Below, piece after piece: positions 13,299-25,437 of a stretch of DNA of 64,000 nt. The DNA is from Octopus vulgaris (lineage: Eukaryota), in NCBI GenBank assembly GCA_951406725.2, contig OX597818.1, positions 115,568,001 through 115,632,000 on the forward strand. Direction: 5' to 3'. The notes beneath the pieces were generated by a model. It was given only the letters and a program-made list of their open reading frames with translations, had not been told where the DNA came from and made no database searches. Positions within the stretch are counted from its first letter, which is position 1; every line of letters begins with the position of its first letter. A program made the translations under genes and the position numbers.

Positions 13299-13565
13299 AG
13301 AGTGCGGGCTACTAACCCCAAGATTCCAAGTTCAATTCCAGGCAGTGACCTAAATAATAATAATAATAATAACATAAAAAAATATCTTAGGAATCAGAAC
13401 CTATGTTCGAAATTTCCCCCAGACACCTGATGAAGGCTGGAGGGTATATCAGCCGAAATGTTGTGTTAACAATAAACAAGGTGAGGACATATATCCGTCA
13501 AATGTAAACAATGTAAAGAATGTAAATAATGTACATAATTCCTCGTCTCTTAAATATAGAACTGT
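13299..13565 (+). mobile_element. tRNA-head + hammerhead retroposon (family H), copy 1
   Basis: Partial tRNA-like head (GGGCTACTAACCC...AGTTCAATTCC...TGACC), (AAT)n linker, hammerhead at 13422-13467 and the shared 3' end ...TCTCTTAAATATAGAACTGT. Confidence 0.8.
13422..13467 (+). ncRNA. Minimal type I hammerhead ribozyme motif
   Basis: GACAC-CUGAUGA-A-GGCUG(GAGGGUAUAU)CAGCC-GAAA-UG-UU-GUGUU. Stem I GACAC/GUGUU and stem II GGCUG/CAGCC are intact; there is a C>U (CpG decay) in the stem III palindrome. Confidence 0.7.
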
Positions 13566-14543
13566 ACTAAGCATTTTGCCTGGCATGCTAATAATTCTGC
13601 CAACTCGCTGCCTTAGAAAGAATTATTAACATTGCATAGTGAGTACTCTTTACATGTGTGTCAGTGCGTGAGTGTGTGTGTGTGTGTGTACAGCTGTGAT
13701 ATCTGAAGATGACAGGAGATTTCCCAAATGTAACAACAGTTAATTTGTTGAACATGCAAGATAAAAATAAATGCTTTCAAATAATGTATATATAAAAAAA
13801 ATGTATATGCAAACAATGAAAATCTCGAGGATCTGAAATATAGATTATTAATCACAAGAAACAACTAGAGACATCTGGATAATAACATCGAATGAAATAT
13901 GCTTATTTAGTTACCTCGTTAATTAAAAAGGAGGCAGCCATAGTTTGACAGGTATAAAAAAATCCCAATGTACAAATAAAATTAATCTGCCACCTGGAAA
14001 TTACTAAAAGGCTTAACCAAATTTTGTTGGGTCTTGGGAGTGTCATGATGCCAATAATAACATATGCACAGGTTCAATTTCACTTCTATATTGTTAGTCA
14101 ATTGGTTGAATATCTTACTGTGAATTCACATCAAGAATCTCGCAAACAAAATACAAAATCAACTTAACTACAGATCAAACTTAAATATTGATTTCAAATC
14201 TTGACACAAGGTCTGCTTTTCAGGGGAGGGGGGATGAGTTGACCTCATTGACCCCCATGCTCAACAGGTACTTATTTTTATCAACCCTGAAAGGGCAAAA
14301 GGTAAAAATCAACCTCAGTGGAAACTGAACTCGGAATGTAAAGAGCCAACATTGAATGCGTTATCCCAATGAATATTTGCAAAATTTTAAAAAGAGAAAT
14401 AACAAGAATTTATCAGCAAAAAATAACAATAACAATACTAACATTCTACTAAGGATTTGTGTTTTTATTGTTTTATATTCTTGATTATAAGATGGACTGT
14501 TTTGTAGAGGGAAAATTGCTGGCCAGTCTGTGGGAGTGACTAG

Positions 14544-14772
14544 TTAACTCTTTCGTTACAATATTTCTGTTGAGATGCTCTGTGTCTCTTTCAATTATTT
14601 TAAATATAACAAAGAATTTAGTAAAATAACTTAGTTATCATTAAGCTAGTGTTAGGAGCACAAATTGTGACTAAGGTTTGGTGGAAGATTTTAATTCAAA
14701 ACTTATGAAAACAAGATATTTGTACTACAGAGCCACAGGTGGTTTCAGCCAGGTTGGTATCGAAAGGGTTAA
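14544..14772. mobile_element. TTAA-flanked piggyBac-like MITE (family E, ~230 bp)
   Basis: TTAA-CTCTTTCG...CGAAAGGG-TTAA. Copies at 40413-40642, 45126-45846 (x3), 53708-54386 and 61277-61512. Confidence 0.8.
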
Positions 14773-14879
14773 TGAATGAAAATGTATTCCTTGAGCTGCA
14801 TGAAAAAGTAACTGAACAACACCCACAAACATTTAACAGAAGATTTTATCATCACACATAAAGTCAAACTGCATAGGTC

Positions 14880-15200
14880 TTTTACTAATAACAACAGCAA
14901 TAATTAAATACTGGTAGAGATATACTACTTGGAGTCTACTACAAGATTTTGATATGGCAAGTGACCATCTACCATCTATTTTAACCATTTGGCATTGGTG
15001 AGAATGGTGCAGCTGCCTCAACATTCTACGTGGCAAGCGGTAAGATGTGTGAATGACTTGGCTGGTCTCAACACTCTGCACAGAGGTAAGGCAACAAAAT
15101 CGGCTTTTTTAAGAGCACAAGAAGAAGAATCTAGGAGGCTGAATTACACGATGGCTTGGCACTGATTGGATGTTTAACAGACTGATCACATAAAATAAGC
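14880..15200 (+). pseudogene. Very degenerate LINE AP-endonuclease remnant
   Basis: Plus-strand DFDMASDHLPSILTI (~14944-14989) resembles the APE C-terminal SDH motif. The flanking frames are broken. Confidence 0.3.
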
Positions 15201-15945
15201 TGGTTCGGTTATGATGTCTGACCTAGTGGGTCTTGTTTCAAATCACCACTACAGAAGTTTGACCCATATGATATCAACCTGCCTATGGCCACCTTTGATT
15301 CAGAGTGGTTGGCATTAGGAAGGGCATTGAGCTGTAGAAACCTTGCCAGATTAGATTGGAGCTTGGCGCAGCCTACTGGCCCTCCAATCCCCAGTCAAAC
15401 CATGCAACCCATGCCAGCATGGAAAACAGACACTAAACGATGATGATAATGATACAATATGCTTTAATATTTGTATATTAATTAATAATCATGGAAGATT
15501 GAAATTACTCAGTGTTACTACTTAAAGTTACACAAATATTTTTGATAATAGGTCTGTTCATATGGAAGTGTCCCGGGGCTAAACAACAACAACAAGTTTC
15601 CTACAACTAGAATCCATGTTACATTTGTAGCCAAGAAGTTATTTTGCAGCTCTTATCTCTTATTTTAAATCAACTTCGAAAACCCAAACTGAACTAGCAA
15701 ATTAATTGGGCCATTTCATCAACTAATTTAGCTTCTGGAAAAAAAAAAAAATTCTTTAAATATTAAGAATATAAAAAATTCCATTGCCACTGCAGCTACA
15801 TAGATGCTGCTGAAAAAAAAGGAGAAAAACGGAATCAGCATCACCATCCACTCCAGGCCTGAAAATATTCCAGTTATTTGGTATTTGGCAATCATTATTA
15901 TCATTGGTGGTATGCTGATAAAGGATTACAAATATTATGTGCATA

Positions 15946-16115
15946 TGCGGGAGTGGCTGTGTGGTAAGTAGCTCGCTAACCAACCACATGGTTCTGGGTT
16001 CAGTCCTACTGTGTGGCATCTTGGGCAAGTGTCTTCTGCTATAGCCTCGGGGCCGACCAATGCCTTGTGAGTGGATTTGGTAGATGGAAACTGAAAGAAG
16101 CCTGTCGTATATATG

Positions 16116-16190
<75 letters not shown>

Positions 16191-16394
16191 TTGTGTGTCT
16201 GTCCCCCTAGCATTGCTTGACAACCGATGCTGGTGTGTTTAGGTCCCCGTCACTTAGCCGTTCGGCAAAAGAGACCGATAGAATAAGTACTGGGCTTACA
16301 AAGAATAAGTCCCGGGGTCGATTTGCTTGACTAAAGGCGGTGCTCCAGCATGGCCGCAGTCAAATGACTGAAACTAGTAAAAGAGAGAAAAGAG
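15946..16394 (+). mobile_element. SINE family A, full length
   Basis: tRNA-like head GGAGTGGCTGTGTGGTAAG...GGGTTCAGTCC, CORE-like CTTGGGCAAGT, internal (TA)n(TG)n, and a 3' half ending GACTGAAACTAGTAAAAGAG. Confidence 0.9.
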
Positions 16395-16435
16395 ATATGT
16401 ATAAATATATAAACACACACACATATATGTATATA

Positions 16436-16806
16436 TACAGTGATACCTCGCAGTATGAGTTTAATTCGTTCCATGACCGAACTCGTCTTACGATTTACTC
16501 GTTTTACGAATCAATTTTCCCCATTGAAATTAACTAAATTATAATTAATCCGTTCCAGCACCCAAAAAAACACTCAAAATAATTTTCCATGGGTTTCAAT
16601 ACAGAAAAGGTGTAGTTACGTGTAAAATGGCATTTATAAAAAAAGCAAATGCAAAGGAAATATGTAAACTGGTTTTATTAACTGAATAACATTAAAGGCG
16701 AGATGATTTGTGTGCTTGTACTGCGGATTTTCCGCTCATACTTCAAGACAAAAATTCGCACAAGCCTTGGCTCAAAAAGCAAACTGCCTGTACAATGGGT
16801 CACTCA
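16436..16806. mobile_element. Tigger/pogo-like MITE, right end missing where family H begins
   Basis: TA|CAGTGATACCTCG left end and an internal TTTTCCCCATTGAAATTAA motif typical of Tigger-like elements. The right terminal inverted repeat (TIR) is not seen. Confidence 0.55.
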
Positions 16807-16807
16807 T

Positions 16808-17223
16808 GTACATTATCTACATTTGACAGATATTTGTCCTCATCTTGTTTGTTGTTAACACAATGTTTCAGCTGATGTACCCTCCAGCCTTCATCAGGTG
16901 TCTTGGAGAAATTTCAAACATGGGTTCTCATTCCTAAGATATTTTTCAATGTTGTTGTTATTATTATTATTAATATCCAGGTCACTGCCTGGAATCGAAC
17001 TCAGAATCTTGGGGTTAGTAGCCTGAACTCTTAACCACTATGCCATATGACCGTGGGCAATTATGGAGTGAATTTTAGGGCTTACAAATAATAATAATAA
17101 TAACAACAACATCGAAAAATACCTTAGGAATGAGAACCCATGTTCAAAATTTCCCCAAGACACCTGATGAAGGCTGGAGGGTACATCAGCCAAATATCCG
17201 TCAAATGTAGATAATGTAAATAA
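16808..17223. mobile_element. Family H inverted pair (minus arm 16808-~17086 with full tRNA head; plus arm ~17087-17223)
   Basis: Minus arm has a hammerhead at 16857-16902 and a tRNA-like head at 16980-17052 (GGTCA...TGACC acceptor stem, A-box TGGCATAGTGG, B-box GAGTTCGATTCC). Plus arm keeps CTGATGA and stem II but lacks the GAAAC half. Confidence 0.8.
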
Positions 17224-18929
17224 GAATTTATTTAAAATTGCACAAAATGCTGTTGGACAAAAAAATCATCAGACAAAAAGACATTGGACCAAAAGACGTG
17301 GACAAAGTGATGTTGGACAATGTGACATCAGAAGAAAGTTGGGTCGCAGGTGGCATGCTGTAAAAAAAAAAAAAAAAAAAGCACCCATGCTGATGCCACA
17401 TTAAAAGCGCCTAGTATACTCTGTAAAGTGGTTAGCAATGCTAAGGAAGGACATCAAGCCATAGTAACCTTGCCAAAACGGACAACTGAAGTCTGGTACA
17501 GCCCTCTGGCTCGCCAGCTTCTGTCAAACTGTCCGACCGATGTCAGCTTGAAAAACAAGCATTGGATGATGATGATGAGTGAATGAATTAATGAATGAAT
17601 GAAAACAGATGAACTTTATGTTTGACAGAGTAATATCAAAATGCTAACGGGTTAATCCAGTGGATGTGTTTGGCCAGATTAGCAGAGGTTTAGTTAATCT
17701 GGCAGGAAATGAATCTTCTTTCTAAAATCCATTCATTCCTTACTTTAGTTTCTCCAATAACACTTGTATCCCAGTTTTGCACAAATATTCTTCATTGCAC
17801 CAGTTTGGTTATTTTAATAAATCCCAAAAGTATTGAATCAATGACATTGGTTGTTGGTGGTAAACAATTGCTGGTACCAATTAGGAGACAGATAAGAACA
17901 TTCTGGTTTATTGAACAAACATTATTGTTTATCATGAAATATGTATCAGCTTCAGGAAAGCCGAAATAATATCATTAGTCACTGGGGGGAAAACTTTTGA
18001 TATAAAAATAATTAACATCACCACTAAGATAATTAACTAAAATATCAAGGAAAAAAAATACAAAATACAAGGAAAAAACAAGCAACGGAACAAAAACAGT
18101 GTAGCCCAGTAGATTATATTTTCATTAAAATTTGGCCAGCCAAAGGCAATTGTGTTGATATTGAAATTGTATTTACTAAAGAACTTTAAAATATTTCAGT
18201 GTGGAAAAGGAAACAGCAAAATGCTAATAGAGATGAATAATAGGGGTAAAAGAAAAAAAAGAAACAAAAACTGCTGCCACTGTTAAATTAGTCATTAACT
18301 ACATTGTCCCCTTAATTAGTGACTAATTAGAGAATTCTTCATATTGTACGATAGTATAGCTTAATAGGAGCGTCTTCCTTTTTTGTCGCATTTTATGGAG
18401 AAACCCAAGTAGATAAACGCTGACTGTTAAACTGATAATCTAATATGCTAACATACTGACATTCTTGGGAGAATATTAATCGATTCTGTATTGAAACAAA
18501 TTCCTTTGATTCGGTAACATCTAAGTCAACACGTGTTTCTGTGAAAACCAACACTCTAAGATATAGAAAATCAAACTGGTGAATCAAATTATTAATGCTA
18601 TCATCATCATCATCGCTACTACTGACTCCAATGTTTCTGCAACCTCCTGTTAATCAAATGCCGGGTTATTTTCCATGACGATATAACAGTAGAACCACTT
18701 CTTTGATTAAACCTAACTCTTTATCCTTTCAACTGACCCTTGTACAATTTTCAATGCCACATTCCAAATCTATTTACATCAGTGGTTCTCAGCAAGGTTC
18801 CATATGAACATTGAGGGTCCACATAAGATTTCATTGTTGAAACCAGGGCTGTGGGGTCAGAGTTGGAAACAATTAAGAGGTAGTTGGAGTCAGAGTCGGT
18901 AAAAGTATACCAACTCTGACTCAGTGGGT

Positions 18930-19186
18930 TTAGTAAGTTACGGGGATGTAAACACACCACCATCGGTTGTCAAGCGATGTTGGGGGGACAAACACAGACA
19001 CATAAACATACACACACATACATATATACGACGGGCTTCTTTCAGTTTCCATCTACCAAATCCACTCACAAGGCTTTGGTCGGCCCAAGGCTATAGTAGA
19101 AAACACTTGGCCAAGGCGCCATGCAGTGGAACTGAACCTGGAACCATGTGGTTGGTAAGCAAGCTACTTACCACATAGCCACTCCT
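18930..19186 (-). mobile_element. SINE family A (3'-truncated)
   Basis: Reverse-orientation family A head, CORE-like block and short microsatellite. Confidence 0.85.
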
Positions 19187-21910
19187 GGCTATTTATAATT
19201 TTTAAATATTTGCTCCCAACAACACAGCCAATAAACGAAGGCTATTGTAGATTCATCAGCTAATAAAGTGGTATTCATTATATTCTATCTCTATCTCTTA
19301 TTTACTTGTAAAACCTCCCTCGCTGCACCTTCATTTACATAATAGATGCATTCAAAAAGAACCAACCAGACAATCTAAAATTCACCATTACAGTATCTCA
19401 GATCTCTGAGATGTTATTTGAGAAGTTTACTGCACCAAATTACACATAAAAAATGTCATCGTAATACAAGCAGAATCATTGACAGTCAAGTGTAGGAAAT
19501 ATAAAGCAGAGAGATTAAAAGTTTACGCAAACCAATAAATCAACGACCAAATGTTAAAGAGCAACTAAACGTTGTTAATAATGATTTCACTGTTTCACAC
19601 ACGAAGACGCACATTACTATGAAGTGAAGAAGACCATGTGGCACATAAGAGCCTCATGTTAGGACTTTTATTGTGGTGTAGTAAGGAAATTCACCTGACA
19701 TGCACCACCGTCGCAACGGTCAACAGTATGGAACAGCATCTGGTTGTCAAGATAATCCGACAAAGCAGTATGGTGAGAAATATCACCAAATGTGTCAATA
19801 GACACAGCAGATGAGCCCAATAATGGAACCTATACATCAGTCACAGGTGAACTGCAATCCGTGGGTATGTATATATGTATGTATGTATTATGTATGTGTG
19901 TGTGTGTGTGTGTATATGTTTGTGTGTCTGTGTTTGTCCCCCCCCCACCATCACTTGACAACCGATGCTGCTGTGGTTACGTCCCCATAACTTAGCAATT
20001 CGGCAAAGAGGCCGATAGAATAAGTACTGGGCTTACAAAGAATAAGTCCTGGGGTTGATTTGTACGACTAAAGGCAGTGCTCCAGCATGGCTGCAGTGAA
20101 ATGACTGAAACAAGTAAAAGGATAAAAAGGCTATCACTAATACCAACGCAGCAAACTAACTCCCAACGGATACAGTGTTATTTAGAAGCGAAGGAAACAA
20201 CCAACAGCCTACAAACAGATAACAACCTATGGACGAGCATTACTTCAAACGAAACATAACATTATATTCAAAAATCATAAACGTGATTTCCTTACCAATC
20301 CCAAATGCTGACTAATAAATATTTCCAGCAAAAAGTAGAATCATTAAAAAAAATATTGTAGATTCTATCAATTTGGTTGTAGCATTAAACAGGTCGCTAC
20401 TGTTCAGTTCTGGAATAATAGTATATCTATCCTACCATCGTGTACTTCAGTTATGTAGATAATGAGCGGGGGGTTTTGGGGGGGGGGGGATTTTTTTCTA
20501 ATTTATGTTGTGTGACATAGCAGTTTTCTGGTTTTATTCTGATTAGTGATTCTAGCATTAATTAATATGCAAGCAAGAAAGTCTTTGCTATTTTTATATA
20601 TTTCTTTACTGCCCACAAGGGGCTAAACATAGAGGGAACAAACAAGGACAGACAAACGGATTAAGTCGATTACATCGACCACAGTGCGAAACCGGTACTT
20701 TATTTATCGACCCCGAAAGGATGAAAGGCAAAGTCGACTTCGGCGGAATTTGAACTCAGAACATAATGGCAGACGAAATACCTATTTCTTTACTACCCAC
20801 AAGGGGCTACACAGAGAGAGGACAAACAAGGATAGACAAACGGATTAAGTGGATTATATCGACCCCAGTGCGTAACTGGTACTTTATTTATTTACCCCGA
20901 AAGGATGAAAGGCAAATTCGACCTCGGCAGAATTTGAACTCAGAACGTAACGACAGACGAAATAGCTAACATTTCTGCCAGCTCGCCACTGTCTTTGCTA
21001 TTTTATAATGGTTCCATTTGGAGCTCAGCATGTCAGCCAAATATTGTTTGATGTAGCTCAAGGATCCAATGATACAGACAAAGTTTGTGAATTGACAAGA
21101 ATGTATATTCTAAATTTGCTGCAGAAGAGATTCTGTTCTATAGAGTTTGGTTGATCATGCCATGGAATTTATTACAAAAGGTGTTTATCAACAGATTAAT
21201 GGAATCAGAATTAAAGACTACAGTTAATGCAAATCAAAGTATAGCTAATTTATTAGATATAACTCTAGATTTAAATATTACCCTATAAATCCAACAAGAA
21301 ATTTTAGTACGTTAATATAAATTCCAGTCAAATTCTGAGAGTCATAAAAGACTTCATGACAACAATAAGTGCATATCCCCTGATAAGGGACCCTATTATC
21401 GTGCTGCACATTATTAGAAAAGCAGTGGCTTTAAAGATATAATATATTGCATACAACATAAATATTCATAGATGTTAAAATAGGAAGGGAAATATTACGT
21501 GGTACAATCTTTCCTACAGTTTAAATATACATTTTAATGTCAGCAGAATTTTCCCATAAATAAGCATTTTACTATACACCATAGGTATCATGAAGTCTTC
21601 AATAAAAATGTTAAAGGGAACTACAGTTGCACCAAAAACTTAGCTTCTGTTCCCTGTATAAACAAATGAAACACATTCTTTATGAACACATTAAATTCTT
21701 CCCCTGTATGTAATTGTAACAACCATATCTGTCCCCTGTGTCTTGAGCTACAGTCTTTTGCAAATACCAATAAAACACTAAGCTATAGAGAGTTCACTAA
21801 AAATCCTTTTAAAAATGGATTCTCACAAAAATATTTTAAATTCAAAGACTCTTTACTGTTTTCACTATCCAAATATACAAGAGTTTAAAGGATGATAATA
21901 TTAATAATTA

Positions 21911-22143
21911 AAGGCGGCGAGCTGGCAGAAACGTTAGCACACCAGGCAAAATGCTTAGCAGTATTTTGTCTGTCTTAACGTTCTGAGTTCAAATTCTGCC
22001 AAGGTCGACTTTGTCTTTCATCCTTTCAGGGTCGATTAAACAAGTACCAGTTATGCACTGGAGTCAATGTAATTGACTTAATCCCTGTGTCTGTCCTTGT
22101 TTATTCCCTCTATGTTTAGACCCCTGTGGGCAATAAAGAAATA
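21911..22143 (+). mobile_element. SINE family B, full length
   Basis: AAGGCGGCGAGCTGGCAGAAACG...CCCTGTGGGCAATAAAGAAATA. Confidence 0.9.
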
Positions 22144-22744
22144 ATATTAATAATTAAAAGATTGAACAGGCCATTGTAGAAGAAGCTTCTCCCAAAATAA
22201 ATGGTTCCCGGAAGTGAGAGCTCTGTCTCTTGAAATACAATATTCTACAACAGCCTTTTGTAATTCTAAGCAAAGAACTGACCTGTTGAATTCTTGCAGA
22301 CAGTTCCAAAAAAATTTTCCCGTTAGTTGGTAGATGGAAATTCCTCAATAGAATATTAATTCAAACATAATGAACTGGCCATACTTTAAAAGATTGTCCC
22401 CTGTGTCAAAAACAATAATGCATTCATAAACACTTCCCCCTACTCACATGATATTTGTTCTTTCTTTTTCTTTTTTTTTAGCACAAGATACAGAGGAGAT
22501 GAATACAATGGATTTTTCTAATTTGTTTTGGGTGTTTTTCATAATTTTAACAGCAACCAATCAAATCTCAAAGTGTTTTTAAAGTGTTTCAACAGCAACC
22601 AATCATATCACAAAGTGTTTTCAACTACTTTGGCTAATATTTGTCATGTTGATGCTTTTTAAAAATCATTTTTTTAAAAATCAGAAATATTAAAACCCAA
22701 GTTGCAATTCAAGAAACTTTTAATAACACATCATTCTTTTGGCG

Positions 22745-23106
22745 GAGGTAAAGGACATGCACTGCACCCGCTTTCAGTTATTTTTTGTGGAAGGGGGGCC
22801 CTACAGAAACCTGCTTTTTTGGCTGCAGAGATTCCGAATCTGCTAAAAAAAAAAAAAAAAAAAAACAAATCAGCATTTCAAAATTTAAATTCTAATAATC
22901 TCCATATTTTTCTATGTATTTCACCCCACAAAAATTACTAAAAAAAGTGAAAAATTGGTGGGGAGAAATTAAAATTTTGAAAAGCAAATTTTTTTTTTTT
23001 TTTTTGCAGATTCGCAATCACCACAGTCAAAAAAATGGGTTTCTGTAGAAAAAAAAAAACAAAACAAAGAAAAACTGAATTGGGGTGCAGTCCATATCCT
23101 TTACTC
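22745..23106. mobile_element. Foldback MITE with long imperfect TIRs (GAG...CTC ends, possibly Sola-like)
   Basis: GAGGTAAAGGACATGCACTGCACCC...CTACAGAAACC...GAATCTGC(T)(A)n mirrors (T)nGCAGATTC...GGTTTCTGTAG...GGGTGCAGTCCATATCCTTTTACTC. Confidence 0.6.
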
Positions 23107-23219
23107 ATGGTGCCATGCAGTGTGGCTGAACCCAAAACCCAGTGGGCTGGAAAGCAAGCTTCTTAACCATAGAGCCAAGCAATATAAATATTAATTTTTA
23201 AAAAAACTTCAAATATACA

Positions 23220-23590
23220 GGTGTCGGAGTGGCTATGTGGTAAGTAGCTTGTTTACCAACCACATGTTTCTGGGTTCAATCCCACTGTGTGGCACCTTGG
23301 GCAAGTGTCTTTTACTATAGCCTTGGGCCGACCAAAGCCTTGTGAGTGGATTTGGTAGACGGAAACATATACATATATGTGTGTGTGTGTATGTTTGTGT
23401 GTCTGTGTGTGTGTCACCAATATCGATTGACAACCGATGCTGGTGTGGTTATGTTCCCATAACTTAGTGGTTCGGCAAAAGAGACCGATAGAATAAGTAC
23501 TAAGTCCTGGGGTCAATTTGCTCGACTAAAGGCGGTGCTCCAGTATGGCCACAGTCAAATGACTGAAACAAGTAAAAGAGTAAAAGAGAG
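23220..23590 (+). mobile_element. SINE family A, full length
   Basis: Matches the 15946-16394 copy, with a short internal microsatellite. Confidence 0.85.
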
Positions 23591-24012
23591 TATAAGATAA
23601 AATGGATGTAAAACAAAGGGTCAACCACACAAAACATTTTATGCAAGGGGAAATAATGCAGTTTCCCAGCATAAAATTACACACACACACAAACACACAT
23701 ATAACCAATAATTTATGCACAACAGCATGAATATTCAAATTTATAGACATATATTAATTGTCTTGTATAGGACTGTTTACAGTTGAGAAATATCTACACA
23801 CTGTTGGCCTAGTTCTCATTGCAGACCAAACAGCAAAATGTATAAAATCTGGAAAAGATTATACACAGAATAATATAAGTGAATGTTAGAGATGAAAACA
23901 AAGTACAATGGCAGTTTTGTTTAGTGAACGGAAGGGCTTCATAAGGGACTGGAAGACCAGGATCTATTAATACAGATCCAAATTTATTTTTAGAAGCAGA
24001 ATAAACAATAAT

Positions 24013-24340
24013 CTAGCATGGGTTGGACGAATGATTGAAGGCTGGCGAACCAGATGGCTGACAAGGTTTCTACAGCTGGATGCCCTTCCTAATGCCAACC
24101 ACTCCGAGAGTGTAGTGGGTGCTTTTTACATGCCACCAGCACGGGGCCAGTCAGGTGGTACTGGCAACAACCTCGCTCGAATCTTTTACACATGCCACCG
24201 GCACAGGTGCCAGTAAGGCGACGCTGGTAACAATCACACTTGAATGGTGTCTTTTACGTGCCACCGGCACAGAGGTCAGATAGCCGCTCTGGCAACGATC
24301 ATGCTCGGATGGTGCTCTTAATACCCTACTAGCACAGGGC
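24013..24340 (-). mobile_element. RTE-type LINE 3' end (family C)
   Basis: Family C body plus GTGCC(A/G)GTGGCAC subrepeats in reverse orientation. Confidence 0.75.
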
Positions 24341-24835
24341 TCGAGGAAGAAAATCAGAACTTCAGATAAAAGACAAGAAAGACACATAGAAAAGGAATCT
24401 CATAAATCTATCACAGACACAGATTACTTTTAGTAAAATAGCTTTTGTTTATAGAAGGAGAAATGTGTGCAGAGACGGAGATCAATTTTAAAAGTTCATT
24501 TTAGCATGACTATTTTGATAGCCTTCCAAAGTTGTTAATCCAGATGATTTGGTTATCTTTCTTTCACTGAGGCCATCCAAATACTGTGAGGTAGATTTCA
24601 AGGATGAGAAAAGAAGATTAAAAAAAAAAATTGCTATTGGTTGCAGGCTTCTTGCTACTACAGTATCCGTCATCTCAAAGAAGCGGCAAAGCCAGATATG
24701 TTATGGCTGTCTTTTGGGACAGCACCATCCACTTTGTTCTCCAACAGTATAATGCTCAGGAAGTGAAAAAGTCTTTAACGTTTTGAGCCTTCACTCTTCC
24801 ACAGAAAGGAACACAGAAATTAACAAGGAGAGAAA

Positions 24836-24866
<31 letters not shown>

Positions 24867-25437
24867 ACACACACACAATGGGCTTCCATACAGTTTTTGT
24901 CAACCAAATTCATTCACAAGACATTGTTTGGCTCAGAAGAAGACACTTGCCCAAGGTGCCATGCAGTGGGACAGAACCTGAAACCACATGGTTGCTAAGC
25001 AAGCTTCTTAACCACAAAGCAATTCCCTTGCCTATAAACTTTCTCTCTCTTTCTCTCTCTTACCTTGCAACTAATACTTTATCTTTGCCACTCTTAGACG
25101 GAGAAGAGGAGTCTCAAAATATTAGCTTCTTCATTCCTCACACGAAAAGAGATAATTAATATCCCGAGAATAAATAGATTCAGGGAAAATTTGATATGTT
25201 TTTTGTTAAGTAACAGATTTGTTCAAACTCTCAGCTCAAACTGGAAACAAAATGTAAATACAATGAACTGACTATCTCATACATCTCAGCTAAATGATAT
25301 CAGAAATCCTACTAACGTATTTTATATGACTTCAGATATCTCCTGTAAATGAAAATATTCCTTAAAATAAAACTCAAATTAATAGGACTGCTATCTGAAT
25401 AGAAAGTAAGTCACATGGGCTAAAGAAAAGCAGAGGT

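Noticed and set aside
15756-16223. Recurrent peptides such as RRASFSFRLPNPLTRLWSA and FQFPSTKSTHKALVG in many ORFs
   Set aside because: Frames of SINE family A, not a gene family.
16980-17052. Functional tRNA gene (also the SINE heads at 28563, 61581 and 15946)
   Set aside because: Imperfect stems, embedded in multi-copy repeats and no poly-T terminator; these are tRNA-derived heads.
17251-17330. ~15-bp GGACAAAA-type repeats (also GGAAAATTC-type repeats near 28330 and 30050-30130)
   Set aside because: Too degenerate to delimit; probably subterminal repeats of old DNA transposons.
18393-18587. 64-aa complex-looking ORF, and coding-like DNA at ~19300-20460, ~5300-5540, ~6730-7110 and ~45850-46250
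   Set aside because: No recognisable motif or splice context; probably old TE debris that I cannot assign without a search.
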